A DNA stretch of 64,000 nt, from assembly GCA_030390025.1 (NCBI GenBank), contig JASTWF010000036.1, positions 2,730,001 through 2,794,000 on the forward strand, given 5' to 3'. Each line of letters starts with the position of its first letter. The first letter of the stretch is position 1. Position numbers and translations under genes: made by a program. This document shows, one piece after another, positions 24,564-36,188 of this stretch. The DNA is from Squalus acanthias. Taxonomy: Eukaryota. Below the pieces are notes generated by a model that was not told the DNA's origin, made no database searches, and saw only the letters and a program-made list of their open reading frames with translations.

Positions 24564-26688
24564 TGTGCCTTTTATTGATTATTTACACCTATCCTGTTTA
24601 TCAGAATCCATGTATACCCCAACGTCATTTAAAAAAATATGAATATAGTCAAATTTCTTACTCCAATGGAGACCTGCCATTTGAAGTCTCCTTACCCCCA
24701 AGCCACAGTGGTGATATTGTAGATGGGGGGACTGGCTTACAAGTGTCCCTTGAACAGAAATACTAAATGTAGTTGGCTATACAAGCATAGTCTGTGAGAA
24801 AATAGTCTGGAAATTGTGCTGTGTGATATTGTAAAAAGGTTCAATGTATTCTCATCAAATTCCCTTGTCTCCTTTTTAATGGTACATTAACTCATTTAAC
24901 ATAAACAGGCTAATTCCTCTATTAAGATAGTGGACAGAGGAAATTCATATGAACACATAGGCCCCGCTATTCCTCCCTCTCCTCTCGCCTGTGCTCAGGA
25001 CAGACATAGCACATCAGAAGTATGCTCCGCCTGTCCTGGCTGCCATGTGCACAAACAACCCTGGCAGGGCTTTGCACCTGGAAACAGGGGCAGAATCAGG
25101 GTAACACATGTCACAGGAAGAACAGGAAAGGGAAGAAAAATACCGTAAAACAATGGAGCTGCTGGATTTTCCGCCCCCTAGTGTGGTGAGCAACCCGCTA
25201 GCGCTCATTGAGCGCGCGGCAGCTCACCCAAATTATGCTGATGAGGCCCGAACCTAAAAATGGTTCAGGCCTCCCAACGCTTAAGGCGAGCGGGGTGGCC
25301 ACTCCAGCACGTCACGCCCATTATGGGCAGAAGTTCAAAATCGCCCTCATAATTTTCAAACCAATCTTTATGCTGAAACAAGTCTCAACCTCTCTAAAGT
25401 GTTGCCTCCACCTCAACTTCCTTACCCCTCTCCATAACAAGACTGTACTCTATAAAGATTTCCATTGCCAGATTTTCTCCTCATCTCTCCTGAAGAAGCA
25501 GACTTTGGCTGGAAATACCATCCCATGGGCCCCAGTTGCCCTCTAGCACCTGGGACATTAGGTCTGGATGATGTAGCACTAAACTGGGTGGTGCCTTTAC
25601 CCACAAAGGTATTGTGGAAACTGCTATAAAGTTTTCTAAGCCTACATTTGTTGAGAAAGACGTCAAACACTCCATCAAATGAATCATTAACTTAGCATTG
25701 CATTATTTTTGAACTAGTACAACTTTTTCCAGGAACAGAGCAAAAATCACCATCATTTATACAGCAACATATGAAGACACTGCTTGGTAGAGAGTTATTA
25801 GATTGCAGATTAAGCATCCACATTTTCCAGACCTGTAGCATATTTTTCTAACTACTACATAAAGGGTTTGCAGTTAAACATAGTACGTAGTTTATGGACT
25901 TAGTCACAGTTCACTAATAATGCACAAGTATATTGTTTAAAAGTCTTTTGAACACAATTCAGCATTACAGTATGGGACAACTTACAACATCTTTTGTTTC
26001 AAGAGCCATCATTCAATATTACTGAGTTTTGTTCTATTAATGCATAGTGCTATTTAGGGTTGAGTGCTATATTTTTATCCGATTCCAAGAAGGGAAATTT
26101 CGGATGTAGTTGGGCATTTCCAAATAAATTCCATTTTGCTCTATTTGCACTATGGAAATTGAAGTCAGTTTCTGAAATGTAGTCAGGTTATTTCTAATTG
26201 CATGTTTAACAACACTAAACCACTGAAGCGGCACTAGAGAAAGCTGAGAAGTGGAGCTACCGATGAGATCCAGACGATTTTTACAGGAGATGTAACTCCA
26301 GAAAGCACCTAACATTCCTTACAGCAGACTATAAAGGGAGTAGACTTACTCAAAAAAATAGTGTACAGGGTAAGCTGATTCAATTCTAAGGACCTAATTT
26401 AGAACAAGTCGCATCTTGGAAGGTTCACACAGATAACCAAGGGAGACTCAATAATGGGCATTACATGTCACGTCAAGGCTTTCCTTGACTACAGAACTTA
26501 AAATGATGCATTATTTGATGTATCAAATAGTTCTCTAGTATACCTGAAGATGACAGAAATGTACAGAAATGGATGTTGCTGTTTTTATCTTGCATAACAA
26601 TACTGGTGAAGAGAAAATGGGTTATGTACAATATTATGTGCAACTCCAGTTGTCCATTCAAGGAGGATTTGACCTATAATAGCAAGGA

Positions 26689-27030
26689 TCATAGAATCAT
26701 AGAATGGTTACAGCACAGAAGGAGGCCATTCGGCCTGTCGAGCCCGTGCCGGCTCTCTGCAAGAGCACTTCAGCTAGTCCCACTACCCCGCCCTTTCCCC
26801 GTAGCACTGCAAATTTTTTTCCTTCAGGTACTTATCCAATTCCCTTTTGAAAGCCACGATTGAGTCTGTCTCCATCACCCTTTCGGCAGTGAATTCCAGA
26901 TCCTAACCACTCGCTGCGTAAAAAAGTATTTCCTCATGTCGCCTTTGGTTCTTTTGCTAATCACCTTAAATCTGTGTCCTCTGGTTCTTGATCCTTCCGC
27001 TAATGGGAACAGTTTCTCTCTATCTACCCT
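26689..27030 (-). mobile_element. CR1 3' end (antisense), joined 5'-to-5' to the next CR1
   Basis: VDREKLFPLAEGSRTRGHRFK...FFTQRVVRIWNSLP; (ATTCTATG)n tail. Confidence 0.9.
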
Positions 27031-27034
27031 CTTA

Positions 27035-28066
27035 ATACGGACTGGAGGAAGGTACACAGTGGGGTTCCCCAGGGGTCGGTACTAGGACCACTGCTTTTCT
27101 TGATATATATTAATGACTTGGACTTGGGTGTACAGGGCACAATTTCAAAATTTGCAGATGACACAAAACTTGGAAGTATAGTGAACAGTGAGGAGGATAG
27201 TGATAGACTTCAAGAAAACATAGACAGGCTGGTGAAATGGGCGGACACGTGGCAGATAGAATTTAACGCAGAAAAGTGCAAAATGATATATTTTGGTGGG
27301 AAGAATGAGGAGAGGACATATAAACTAAAGGGTACAATTCTAAAGGGGGTGCATGAACAGAGAGACCTGGGGGTATATGTGCACAAATCGTTGAAGGTGA
27401 CAGGGCAGGTTGAGAAAGCAGTTAAAAAAGCATACGGGATCCTGGGCTTCATAAGTAGAGGCATAGAGTACAAAAGCAAGGAAGTTCTGATGAACCTTTA
27501 TAAAACACTGGTTGGTTTCAACTGGAGTATTGTGTCCAATTCTGGGTACCGCACTTTAGGAAGGATGTGAAGGCCTTAGAGAGGGTGCAGAAAAGATTTA
27601 CGGGAATGGTTCCAGGGATGAGGGACTTCAGTTACGTGGATAGACTGGAGAAGCTGGGGTTGTTCTCCTTGGAGCAGAGAAGATTGAGAGGAGATTTGAT
27701 AGAGGTGTTCAAAATCATGAGGGGTCTAGACAGAGTAGAGAGAGAGAAACTGTTCCCATTGGCGGAAAGGTCGAGAACCAGAGGACACAGATTCAAGGTG
27801 ATTGGCAAAAGGACCAAAGGCGACATGAGGAAAAACTTTTTTACGCTGCAAGTGGTTAGGATCTGGAATGCACTGCCTGAGAGGGTGGTGGAGGCAGACT
27901 CAATCGTGGCTTTCAAAAGGGAACTGGATAAGTACCTGAAGGAAAAAAATTTGCAGGGCTATGGGCAAAGGGCGGGGGAGTGGGACTAGCTGAAGTGCTC
28001 TTGCAGAGAGCCGGCACGGGCTCGACGGGCCGAATGGCCTTCTGTGCTGTAACCATTCTATGATTC
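27035..28066 (+). mobile_element. 5'-truncated CR1 LINE (RT C-half to 3' end)
   Basis: GVPQGSVLGP, YINDL...KFADDTK and C-terminal CR1 motifs in ORFs 27100-27570 and 27567-27989. Confidence 0.92.
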
Positions 28067-29216
28067 AAACACTTTCTGAAAGGGAGAAAAAATTAAACAT
28101 CACTTCACCTATACATTGCAATTAGAATACATTTCTTTGTCATAATACGAAAAGAACTTGAATACATTCAAAGTCAAACGCCATTACAACGTCAACTTTT
28201 TTGAGGTAAACACGTAGTAATACTTGTTTGACTCACTAACTAGGCCTTTTAAGGTTACTTAAAAATATTTTAAAAGTAACCTATGACAGGTGCCTTTCAT
28301 AGAAAATACTGATCACTTCTCCATCACCACATTGTGTAAATGCATATGTCCAGTATGTTATATTAAAGGCATGCGACTTAATTTAAGACAGTGATTGAGT
28401 GGACAATGAGCTTTGTTTCATTTTTTAAATTTTTCTCCCCCGTGATAAACGTGCTGAGTCTTGCTGGTGTACAGTTTCATGGGCAATCTATGGTACCTCA
28501 CCCAAGCGGGCATTCTTCATGTGTGAGCCTAAATAGTGAGTGCTGATTATTCACTCATGGCAGGTATTACAGCTGGGCCCCAACTGATACTCACCAAATA
28601 TCCACACACTTGCACTCTCCAGCAGGGATCACTGGATAGTGATCAGGAGCAGTAACCCTGGCTGATTTTTCCCTCTTTCCAGCCCATTGACAGAGATTAA
28701 TTGGAGCAGCCCTACCACTGCCCCAGCTGAGATCAGGATAATAAGCTCTTTAGTTGTCTCTAATCACCTAACGTCCGTTAGGTTACCAGCTAACCTTAAA
28801 CTCCTATATTGAACCCATTACAGAGAGTTCATCACATTCTTTTGAGGTAAATAATCATAGCTTTCCTGAGTACTTGAAGAAAGATTATAATAAAACAACA
28901 CAACATTAGGGGCAAGATCATAAAAAAAGCCTGCTTTTCATCTGAGCTGCAACAGTAACAGTCTTATAGAATACAGCTAACGCAACAGTGGAAATAAATA
29001 GCAAAACATCCTGAGTGAAATAGCCTACCTTTGTTTGGTAATCTAGCTGATTTAGCATAATCACACATTTAAAAAAAGTCATTTTGATTGATTAATGTAA
29101 CAATCAAATCAGAATATATGAAGACTTAGACAGCAACCAACAACTTTAGAAACATTACTACTATCTACAGAAATACCATCAGTGGATTTCTTAGCATTTG
29201 ACTTTAGTGATATAAT

Positions 29217-29958
29217 GGGCCAAAAATTCATCCCGCGACGCGAGAGTACGCACTGCGTACTCTCGCGTATTCTCTCTCCAATTGCCGGTTTTCTGCATGC
29301 CCTGCGCATGCGCTGAAAACCGGCACTTGGTCTTTTGAAAAGGGGGCGGTTCCTCGGTGCATCGCGTGCGCGCTACAGGCTGCGCGCACGCTGTGCACTT
29401 CGTGCTTTGGACGCGCAGGTAAGTACGGAAGATTTTAGAAATGGAAAAAGGAGGAGTAAGACCCACTTTTAACAAGGTAAGTAGTGAATTAAGTATTTTT
29501 TTGAATTTTTTTTAACAGGTATATCTTTTTTAGAGACTTTAAAGACAGGTAAGTTTATTTTTATAACTTTTTAAAAGATTTTAAATTTTTTCAAAAATTT
29601 AATTTTTTATTTAAAATGGTTAATTTATTTAACTATACTTATTTTATTAATGTGATGTTTTTTTTTTAATTTAATTGAGGTTTAGCTGTTATTTTGGGGG
29701 GGTGTAAGATTCATAGCTTTCACAGCACGTATGTGAAACTTATGAATGGAAGATGGTGTGCTGCCATTGGCTCTAACTGAGTCACGTGATCCCACAGCTC
29801 GCACGAATTCACTACGCCGGTGGGATACGCAAGCACTGCCCAGCTGATGTCTGGAACATCAAGTTCGTGCGAGCTGGATCTGAAAAAGCCAACGCGGAGT
29901 GAGAGATCGCGCCTGCTCCTTACCCCCGCGGGAACAGAGCGAGATCAATTTCTGGGCC
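29217..29958. mobile_element. Harbinger-type MITE, TSD AAT, ~100 bp downstream of the FIGNL2 stop
   Basis: Imperfect 18-bp TIR (14/18) GGGCCAAAAATTCATCCC / GAGATCAATTTCTGGGCC; AAT at 29214-29216 and 29959-29961; shares GCGCATGCGCTGAAAACCGGCAC with 36189-36945. Confidence 0.8.
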
Positions 29959-30060
29959 AATAGAGATGGTATTCACTTTATGCAACATAGTTTCTTTCTT
30001 TGTTTATCCTGCAGTCTCTCTCCCACCCCCGCGCCCCCCCCCACCCCCAGAACTTCACTG

Positions 30061-32283
30061 TCAGACACAAGATCCGAACAACTTGTTCCATTCTGTGTAC
30101 AACTTCAGCTCCTTGTGCGAAACGCTGGGCCGAACTTTGCAAAAAGCATTTTCAAAGTCCTTGTAGGTGGCAGAATGTAACTGTGCTGTGAGACCACGTC
30201 CTTGCCCTAAAGCTGCTTCTTGACAGAGCTGCATTAGATCACTCCCTGAATATCCCTCTGTATGCTGAACAATCGAGCTAATTTCCCCATCACTGAGGCA
30301 ATGGTCTTGTTGGGACAAGGTATAAATTAAAATTTGACGTCTTGCAATGCTGTCAGGTGGAGAGATATAAAGTCGCTTTACAAAGTACCTGTGTATGGTC
30401 TCCTCAATATCATCTGGGTGTCTAGTACCTCCAATGACTATAATATGGTCACTGCTTGAGTTCACCACACCTTCTACATGAGACAGTAATTTAGCTTTAA
30501 TAGAGTTTAGATGGATGCTTTCTTCACCCGCAGGGTTAGAAAGCATGGCATCAAGTTCATTGATAAAGATAACAGATGGTTGACGGGACCGAGCTATGAG
30601 AAACATAGCCTGTAAGATCATCTCTCCATCTCCCTTCCATTTGGAGATGAAGGATGACCCACTGACCTTTAGAAAAGTTGCCCCAAGATGAGTGGCAATG
30701 CATCTTGTGAGCATGGTTTTGCCTCCACCACTTGGTCCAAATAGCAAAATGCTTTTTGGTGGTCCATTTACTCCACTGTAAGCCCCAGGCCTCATCAAGG
30801 GCCACAACACTTGTTCTTCAATCACTGCTTTTGCAGTATCCAGTCCAGCAATATCATCCCATTGTACTGGAGGACCACAATCAACAATTTCATTGTTTAC
30901 GAGGTTTAGAAGTTGAGAATCCAGGTTCTTCAATTGCTCCTCCAACTGGTTGCTTGCAGTAGCTGGCTCAACGCTCTGGACCTGCATCTGGTGACTAAGT
31001 ATGTGGCCATGGTCATTCCCCCCTTCTCCATTCATTAATGCAGGTGTGAACTTCACAAAAGCCTCAGTTGATCTTGATCGCAGTGGACGTTCTTCACTAC
31101 GATATGGTGGAGACATCATTCCTTTCTGTTCTTGGCCACTGTATTTACCAATAAGGTCATCCACGATATGTTGTTTCCCCGCCTTAAATTCTACAGGCAA
31201 TGTCTCGTCATTTCTGCTGAAGCCATTACCTCTACAATCATCAGAAACTACATCATCTGACATCTGGTAAGAACCTGAAGTAGTCCTTTGCTGTCCGTAA
31301 CTGTATCTTCTGTATCTACTAGTACCTTCGTCCTCCTTTGCTACCATATCAAAAGCTTTTCTTTTCAAAGAACTGGTTGAGCCATTGCTAACAGGTGACA
31401 CTGAGCCTGGAGTCAAGTTGTGGCTTTGGTAACCATAACCAGGGACTATGGAAGGTCGGGATGAGGGAGGAAGAGGGATAGGAGCTGGAATACCTGAAGG
31501 TAAATATGAAGATGGAAGATGTACACCAGCATAACCAGGGCCAATGCTTGATTGGGAAGGGTAACTGTTTGAAGGGTAGTTGTACAGTGGGCTTACTCCA
31601 GTTGAACTGTAAGACGGGACTATAGTGGGTGTGGGATGCACTGGCTGTAGAAGGCTTGAGTTATTTAAAGGTGAAGGATGAGAGGAAGGAACTGCTGATG
31701 TTGTTTGGCTGCAGTAAACTGAGGGTAAGTAAGTTCCATTGTAACCTGATGAATATTCCTGAGATGTTCCAACTGGTACAAGACTAGATTGAATACTTGG
31801 GACAGTGGTGGGACCACATGTGTTACTTGGATAGCGAGATTCAGAGTGACTACTGGTCACCACAGAGGAACCTCGTATCTCTACAGTGCCATCGCCTGGT
31901 GGGAGAGTGGAATTAGTTCCTGCTTTACTGCCAGAAAGGGCATCATGTATTGAATTTAGAGAATATATACCATCTGGAATTAGTGACATTTGCCAGGTAT
32001 TGTTTTCATTCTTTTGTTCATTAACTGGCCCAAAAGCCCCATCTGCATAAGTATTTAGCTCAGGTCTCTCATATGAAGAGTTCACAATCCCAGAGTACTT
32101 CTCTGCATACTTCTTGAGCAAATTAGAGGCAGTCAGTGCAGAAATGTCATCATTTGCCCACGCGTATTTATTGCGCTGCCTGTTGAGATGGTTATCTTCC
32201 GTTTTGCGTGCTGGAGAGGACGTTGTAAATGAGATGTCAAGGTACTGCTCTGGCCTCTGGGCATGCTCTGGTGTCCAATGCAT
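30061..32283 (-). CDS. fignl2: Fidgetin-like protein 2 (fidgetin-family AAA ATPase), 740-aa coding exon
   Basis: Intact ORF with fidgetin N-terminus (MHWTPEHAQ...YAWANDDISALTASNLLKKYAEKYSG) and AAA domain (Walker A GPSGGGKT, Walker B-like VIFINELD, C-terminal YTEWNKLFG). MHWTPE, SYERP, PLYNYP, CRGNGF, DCGPPVQW and WPLMRPGAY match FIGNL2 better than FIGN as I recall those sequences. The ORF-track start (32316) lies upstream of a splice acceptor, so the first exonic in-frame ATG is 32283; a few residues could come from an upstream exon, as in FIGN. Confidence 0.85.
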   Translation of the reverse strand: MHWTPEHAQRPEQYLDISFTTSSPARKTEDNHLNRQRNKYAWANDDISALTASNLLKKYAEKYSGIVNSSYERPELNTYADGAFGPVNEQKNENNTWQMSLIPDGIYSLNSIHDALSGSKAGTNSTLPPGDGTVEIRGSSVVTSSHSESRYPSNTCGPTTVPSIQSSLVPVGTSQEYSSGYNGTYLPSVYCSQTTSAVPSSHPSPLNNSSLLQPVHPTPTIVPSYSSTGVSPLYNYPSNSYPSQSSIGPGYAGVHLPSSYLPSGIPAPIPLPPSSRPSIVPGYGYQSHNLTPGSVSPVSNGSTSSLKRKAFDMVAKEDEGTSRYRRYSYGQQRTTSGSYQMSDDVVSDDCRGNGFSRNDETLPVEFKAGKQHIVDDLIGKYSGQEQKGMMSPPYRSEERPLRSRSTEAFVKFTPALMNGEGGNDHGHILSHQMQVQSVEPATASNQLEEQLKNLDSQLLNLVNNEIVDCGPPVQWDDIAGLDTAKAVIEEQVLWPLMRPGAYSGVNGPPKSILLFGPSGGGKTMLTRCIATHLGATFLKVSGSSFISKWKGDGEMILQAMFLIARSRQPSVIFINELDAMLSNPAGEESIHLNSIKAKLLSHVEGVVNSSSDHIIVIGGTRHPDDIEETIHRYFVKRLYISPPDSIARRQILIYTLSQQDHCLSDGEISSIVQHTEGYSGSDLMQLCQEAALGQGRGLTAQLHSATYKDFENAFCKVRPSVSHKELKLYTEWNKLFGSCV

Positions 32284-32294
32284 CTTCAACAGGC

Positions 32295-32312
32295 CTGAAA
32301 GGGCAACAAAAT
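32295..32312 (-). promoter_or_regulatory. 3' splice acceptor of the FIGNL2 coding exon (exon starts 32294)
   Basis: Minus strand reads ttttgttgccctttcag|GC CTG TTG AAG ATG; same G-L-K-M junction context as vertebrate FIGN. Confidence 0.8.
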
Positions 32313-34816
32313 ACATTATGAACTAGAGCTTCAAAGACTAGTGCGTTCAATAGAACTTTCCAGGTTATCAAAACAAGTATCCAGTTACCCATTCTTCAGA
32401 ACTGAATTATACTGGCTATGTTGTTTTACCCTCAATATAAGACATTTACTATTTATCAGGCATAACTATTACACGGCCATATTATTGCAGATATAAATGC
32501 TATCTTGTGTTGAAGGTGCACAGTCTTTGTCCCCCCCAATTTTCAGTGGCCAACTCACTGCCTCATGTGGAATTGAGTCATTAAGACCAGGAAGGTCCCA
32601 AGCTGATCTCAGCCAGGGGTAGGACGGGTAGTGAAATTAAATGCACAATCTACTTTAATGCTGTAATTTAGAAGTGTGTTAGGCAGTTCTCACAGATTGA
32701 AAAATATTCCATTCAAAGGCCTAATATGCCTTTCTAAGTAAGTGGTTCAGGGTCATTTACCTTGCTGTAAGTGCATAAGCGCATGTGCGGATATCGGGTG
32801 AGAACAGAATTGGGCTTGGCTGGGATACCCTCCCTCCCCCACATGATAAAATAGTCTTCCAAAACTCACTGTCAAGGCTCACACAGAAATGACGGTCACT
32901 TAGGTAAGGTGCCTAAGATTGCTGAGGGTAGACTTTCTGTCCAACATTTTTTTTTAAATACATGCTTCCCAATAACATGATTGAATTTATCAATGGAATT
33001 GTCTTTTGTGTCTTCTAGTGCCTTTATTCAAGGTTTTACTTCAAGGCCTCAGCCTCTCCCAAAAGTCTCAGCTTGATCTTGATATTTTTGCCCAGAGCTG
33101 AGTGCAGGGGTCAGAGAGAGTGAAACTGAGGTCAGAGAGCGATTGAGTGTGTCTTTCTTAATTTAATGTTGCTTCAATTTTTAAAGAAAAAACAGTTGAG
33201 TTTTGAAGCCAATTTACATAGAATTTACAGCACAAGCCATTCGGCTAAACAGGTCAATGACTGTTTTATTGACAGTTAGTAATGGTCATCGCTAATGAAT
33301 GGGGAGAAAAGCAGCAGGGAAGAGAAAGAGAGAGAAACAACACAAGATATCAGAGACAGGTAAGAGAGAGAGAATATTCTCCGATCCATCATATGTAGTG
33401 CCATGGGAGATCGACTACTAGGATGAATTTTATGAAGCCCCATACTACAAAGCGAGGTACAGCACACAGTGAGTGCATATTGGAAAATCACAGCCAACAA
33501 TTTTCCGATATCCATTGGCTGTGTGTGAGGTCCCATCAGCCGTGTGGGGCCACAAAATGTCTCCTTATTTTCTTAAGTCAGTGGAATGATTGAAGTATTT
33601 AAAGGGGCACGGTCACTGTATTATGAGGTATTCAGGCAGACTCTCAGGTCCTCAATTAGCGTGCTTCATAATCTCTTAATAATAATGGTGCACCATTGGC
33701 CACTATAGCAGATGTCATACATTTGGATGCCTCAGCAATGTGATTTTTCAGATTCAATTCTTAGTTTTGTTCAAATTATACCAATAAATATTTTTACTTA
33801 CAGGAGCAGATGCTACCTATAACAGAATGATGTTGGCAGCTCACAGAAGGGGTGTACTCTGTATACTTAACAGAGGAAGGCACAATAATGCCAACTCCTT
33901 CTGTCACTGTTAACTTAACCTTGTAGGCAAGTTTAGAAAAAAAAATGCATTTATATAGCACCTTTCATGGCCTCAAAACATCCCAAAGTGCTTCATAGCT
34001 GATGAATTACTTTTGAAGTGTAGTCACTATCATAATGTAGGAAAACATGGCAGCCAATATGCACACAGCAAGGTCCCACAAACAGCAATGAGAACCCACC
34101 TCCCCATCTAATATCTATTTCTTTGGCTCAGCATCCATTTATGTCGGATTACGCTTTTGAGAAATACCTTGGGATGTTTTTCTACGTTAAAGAATCATAG
34201 AATGGTTACAGCACGGAAGAAGGCCATTCGGCCCGTCGAGCCTGTGCCGGCTCTCTGCAAGAGCACTTCAGCTAGTCCCACTCCCCCGCCCTTTCCCCGT
34301 AGCCCTGCAAAAAAATTTCATTCAGGTACTTATCCAACTCCCTTTTGAAAGCCACAATTGAGTCTGCCTCCACCACCCTCTCAGGCAGTACATTCCAGAT
34401 CCTAACCACTCGCTGTGTAACAAAGTTTTTCCTCATGTCGCCTTTGGGTCTTCTTCCAATCACCTTAAATCTGTGTCCTCTGGTTCTCGACCCTTCCGCC
34501 CGATGGGAACAGTTTCTCTCTATCTACTCTGTCTAGACCCCTCATGATTTTGAACATCTCTATCAAATCTCCTCTCAACCTTCTCTGCTCTAAGGAGAAC
34601 AACCCCAGCTTCTCCAGTCTATCCACGTAACTGTAATCCCTCATCCCTGGAACCATTCTTGTAAATCTTTTCTGCACCCTCTCTAAGGCCTTCACATCCT
34701 TCCTAAAGTGCAGTGCCCAGAATTGGACACAATACTCCAGTTGAGGCCGAACCAGTGTTTTATAAAGGTTCATCATAACTTCCTTGCTTTTGTACTCTAT
34801 GCCTCTATTTTAAAGC

Positions 34817-35140
34817 TTTTCGTTTTACATACAGACGGCAGCTTTTGACACGTTAGAACCCCTGCGACTACACCTCATTGTCTCAGTTGTATCTTGCTAT
34901 GTCTTTGATGTGGTACCTTCCTGGCTGACTTAATTAACTTTAGCACACCTCGGCAGATAGTCAGGATGATTTAATTTAGTGGTTTGCAATTGTAAGGTAC
35001 ACATGCTTTGTTCTCTCTCTATATATGCTTTGGCGATTCTGTATCTAATTTACTTCACCTGAGGAAGGAGCAATCGATAGCTCCGAAAGCTTGTGATTTC
35101 AAATAAAACTGTTGGACTATAACCTGGTGTTGTGCGACCT
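34817..35140 (+). mobile_element. Penelope-like terminal repeat inserted in CR1
   Basis: Flanked by duplicated host CTCTATTT(A)TAAAGC (34803-34816, 35141-35155); contains TATATAT, a hammerhead core and AATAAA. Confidence 0.7.
35055..35096 (+). ncRNA. Minimal type I hammerhead ribozyme motif
   Basis: TCAC-CTGAGGA-A-GGAGC(loop)GCTCC-GAA-AGCT-T-GTGA: CUGANGA and GAAA core, stem I TCAC/GTGA, stem II GGAGC/GCTCC, palindromic AAGCTT stem III as in PLE minimal hammerheads. Confidence 0.7.
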
Positions 35141-36188
35141 CTCTATTTATAAAGCCCAGGATCCCGTATGCTTTTTTAACTGCTTTCTCAACCTGCCCTG
35201 CCATGTACAACGATTTGTGCACATATACCCCCAGGTCTCTCTGTTCATGCACCTCCTTCAGAATTGTACCCTTTAGTTTATATTGCCTCTCCTCGTTCTT
35301 CCTACCAAAATGTATCACTTCGCACTTTTCTGCGTTAAATTTCATCTGCCATGTGTCCGCCCATTCCACCAGCCTGTCTATGTCCTCTTGAAGTCTATCA
35401 CTTTCCTCCTCACTGTTCACTATACTTCCAAGTTTTGTGTCATCTGCAAATTTTGAAATTGTGCCCTGTACACCCAAGTCTAAGTCATTAATATACATCA
35501 AGAAAAGCAGTGGTCCTAGTACCGACCCCTGGGGAACCCCACTGTGTACCTTCCTCCAGTCCGAATAACAACCGTTCACCACTACTCTCTGTTTCCTGTC
35601 ACTTAGCCAATTTCGTATCCATGCTGCCACTGTCCCTTTTATTCCATGGGCTTCAACTTTGCTGGCAAGCCTATTATGTGGCACTTTATCAAACACCTCA
35701 ACACCACATTAACCACATTGCCCCCATCGACCCTCTTTGTTACCTCATCAAAAAACTCAATCAAGTTAGTTAAACACAATTTGTCTTTAACAAATCCATG
35801 CTGGCTTTCTTTAATTAATCCACACTGTCCAAGTGACTGTTAATTTTGTCCCAGATTATTGTTTCTAAAAGCTTCCCCACTACCGAGGTTAAACTGACTG
35901 GCCTGTAATTGCTGGGTTTATCCTTACACCCTTTTTGGAACAAGGGTGTACCATTTGCAATTCTCCAATGTGCTTTCACCACCCCCGTATCCAAGGAGGA
36001 TTGGAAGATTATGGCCAGTACCTCTGCAATTTCGCTATATAATTATAGAATTTGTAGTTGTAGTATAGCCAGATGATCTGTTTTTTGGTGGCATTGGTTG
36101 AGCTATAAATATTGGCCAGGACACCGGGAGAACTCCCCAGCTATTTTTAAATAGTGCCATGGGATCTTTTACGTCCATCTGGTTTAAC

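Larger units (their letters stand above)
34192..35995 (-). mobile_element. 5'-truncated CR1 LINE, interrupted at 34817-35140
   Basis: ORFs 35055-35696, 34465-34776 and 34272-34463 carry CR1 RT motifs; same subfamily as 27035-28066. Confidence 0.92.

Noticed and set aside
32284..32316. ORF-track N-terminus MYFVALSG as the FIGNL2 start
   Set aside because: It is the polypyrimidine tract and AG of the intron read in frame; homology starts at G-L-(L)-K-M.
27035..35995. Inverted CR1 copies flanking the FIGNL2 exon as circRNA drivers
   Set aside because: The exon appears terminal and I found no downstream donor for back-splicing.
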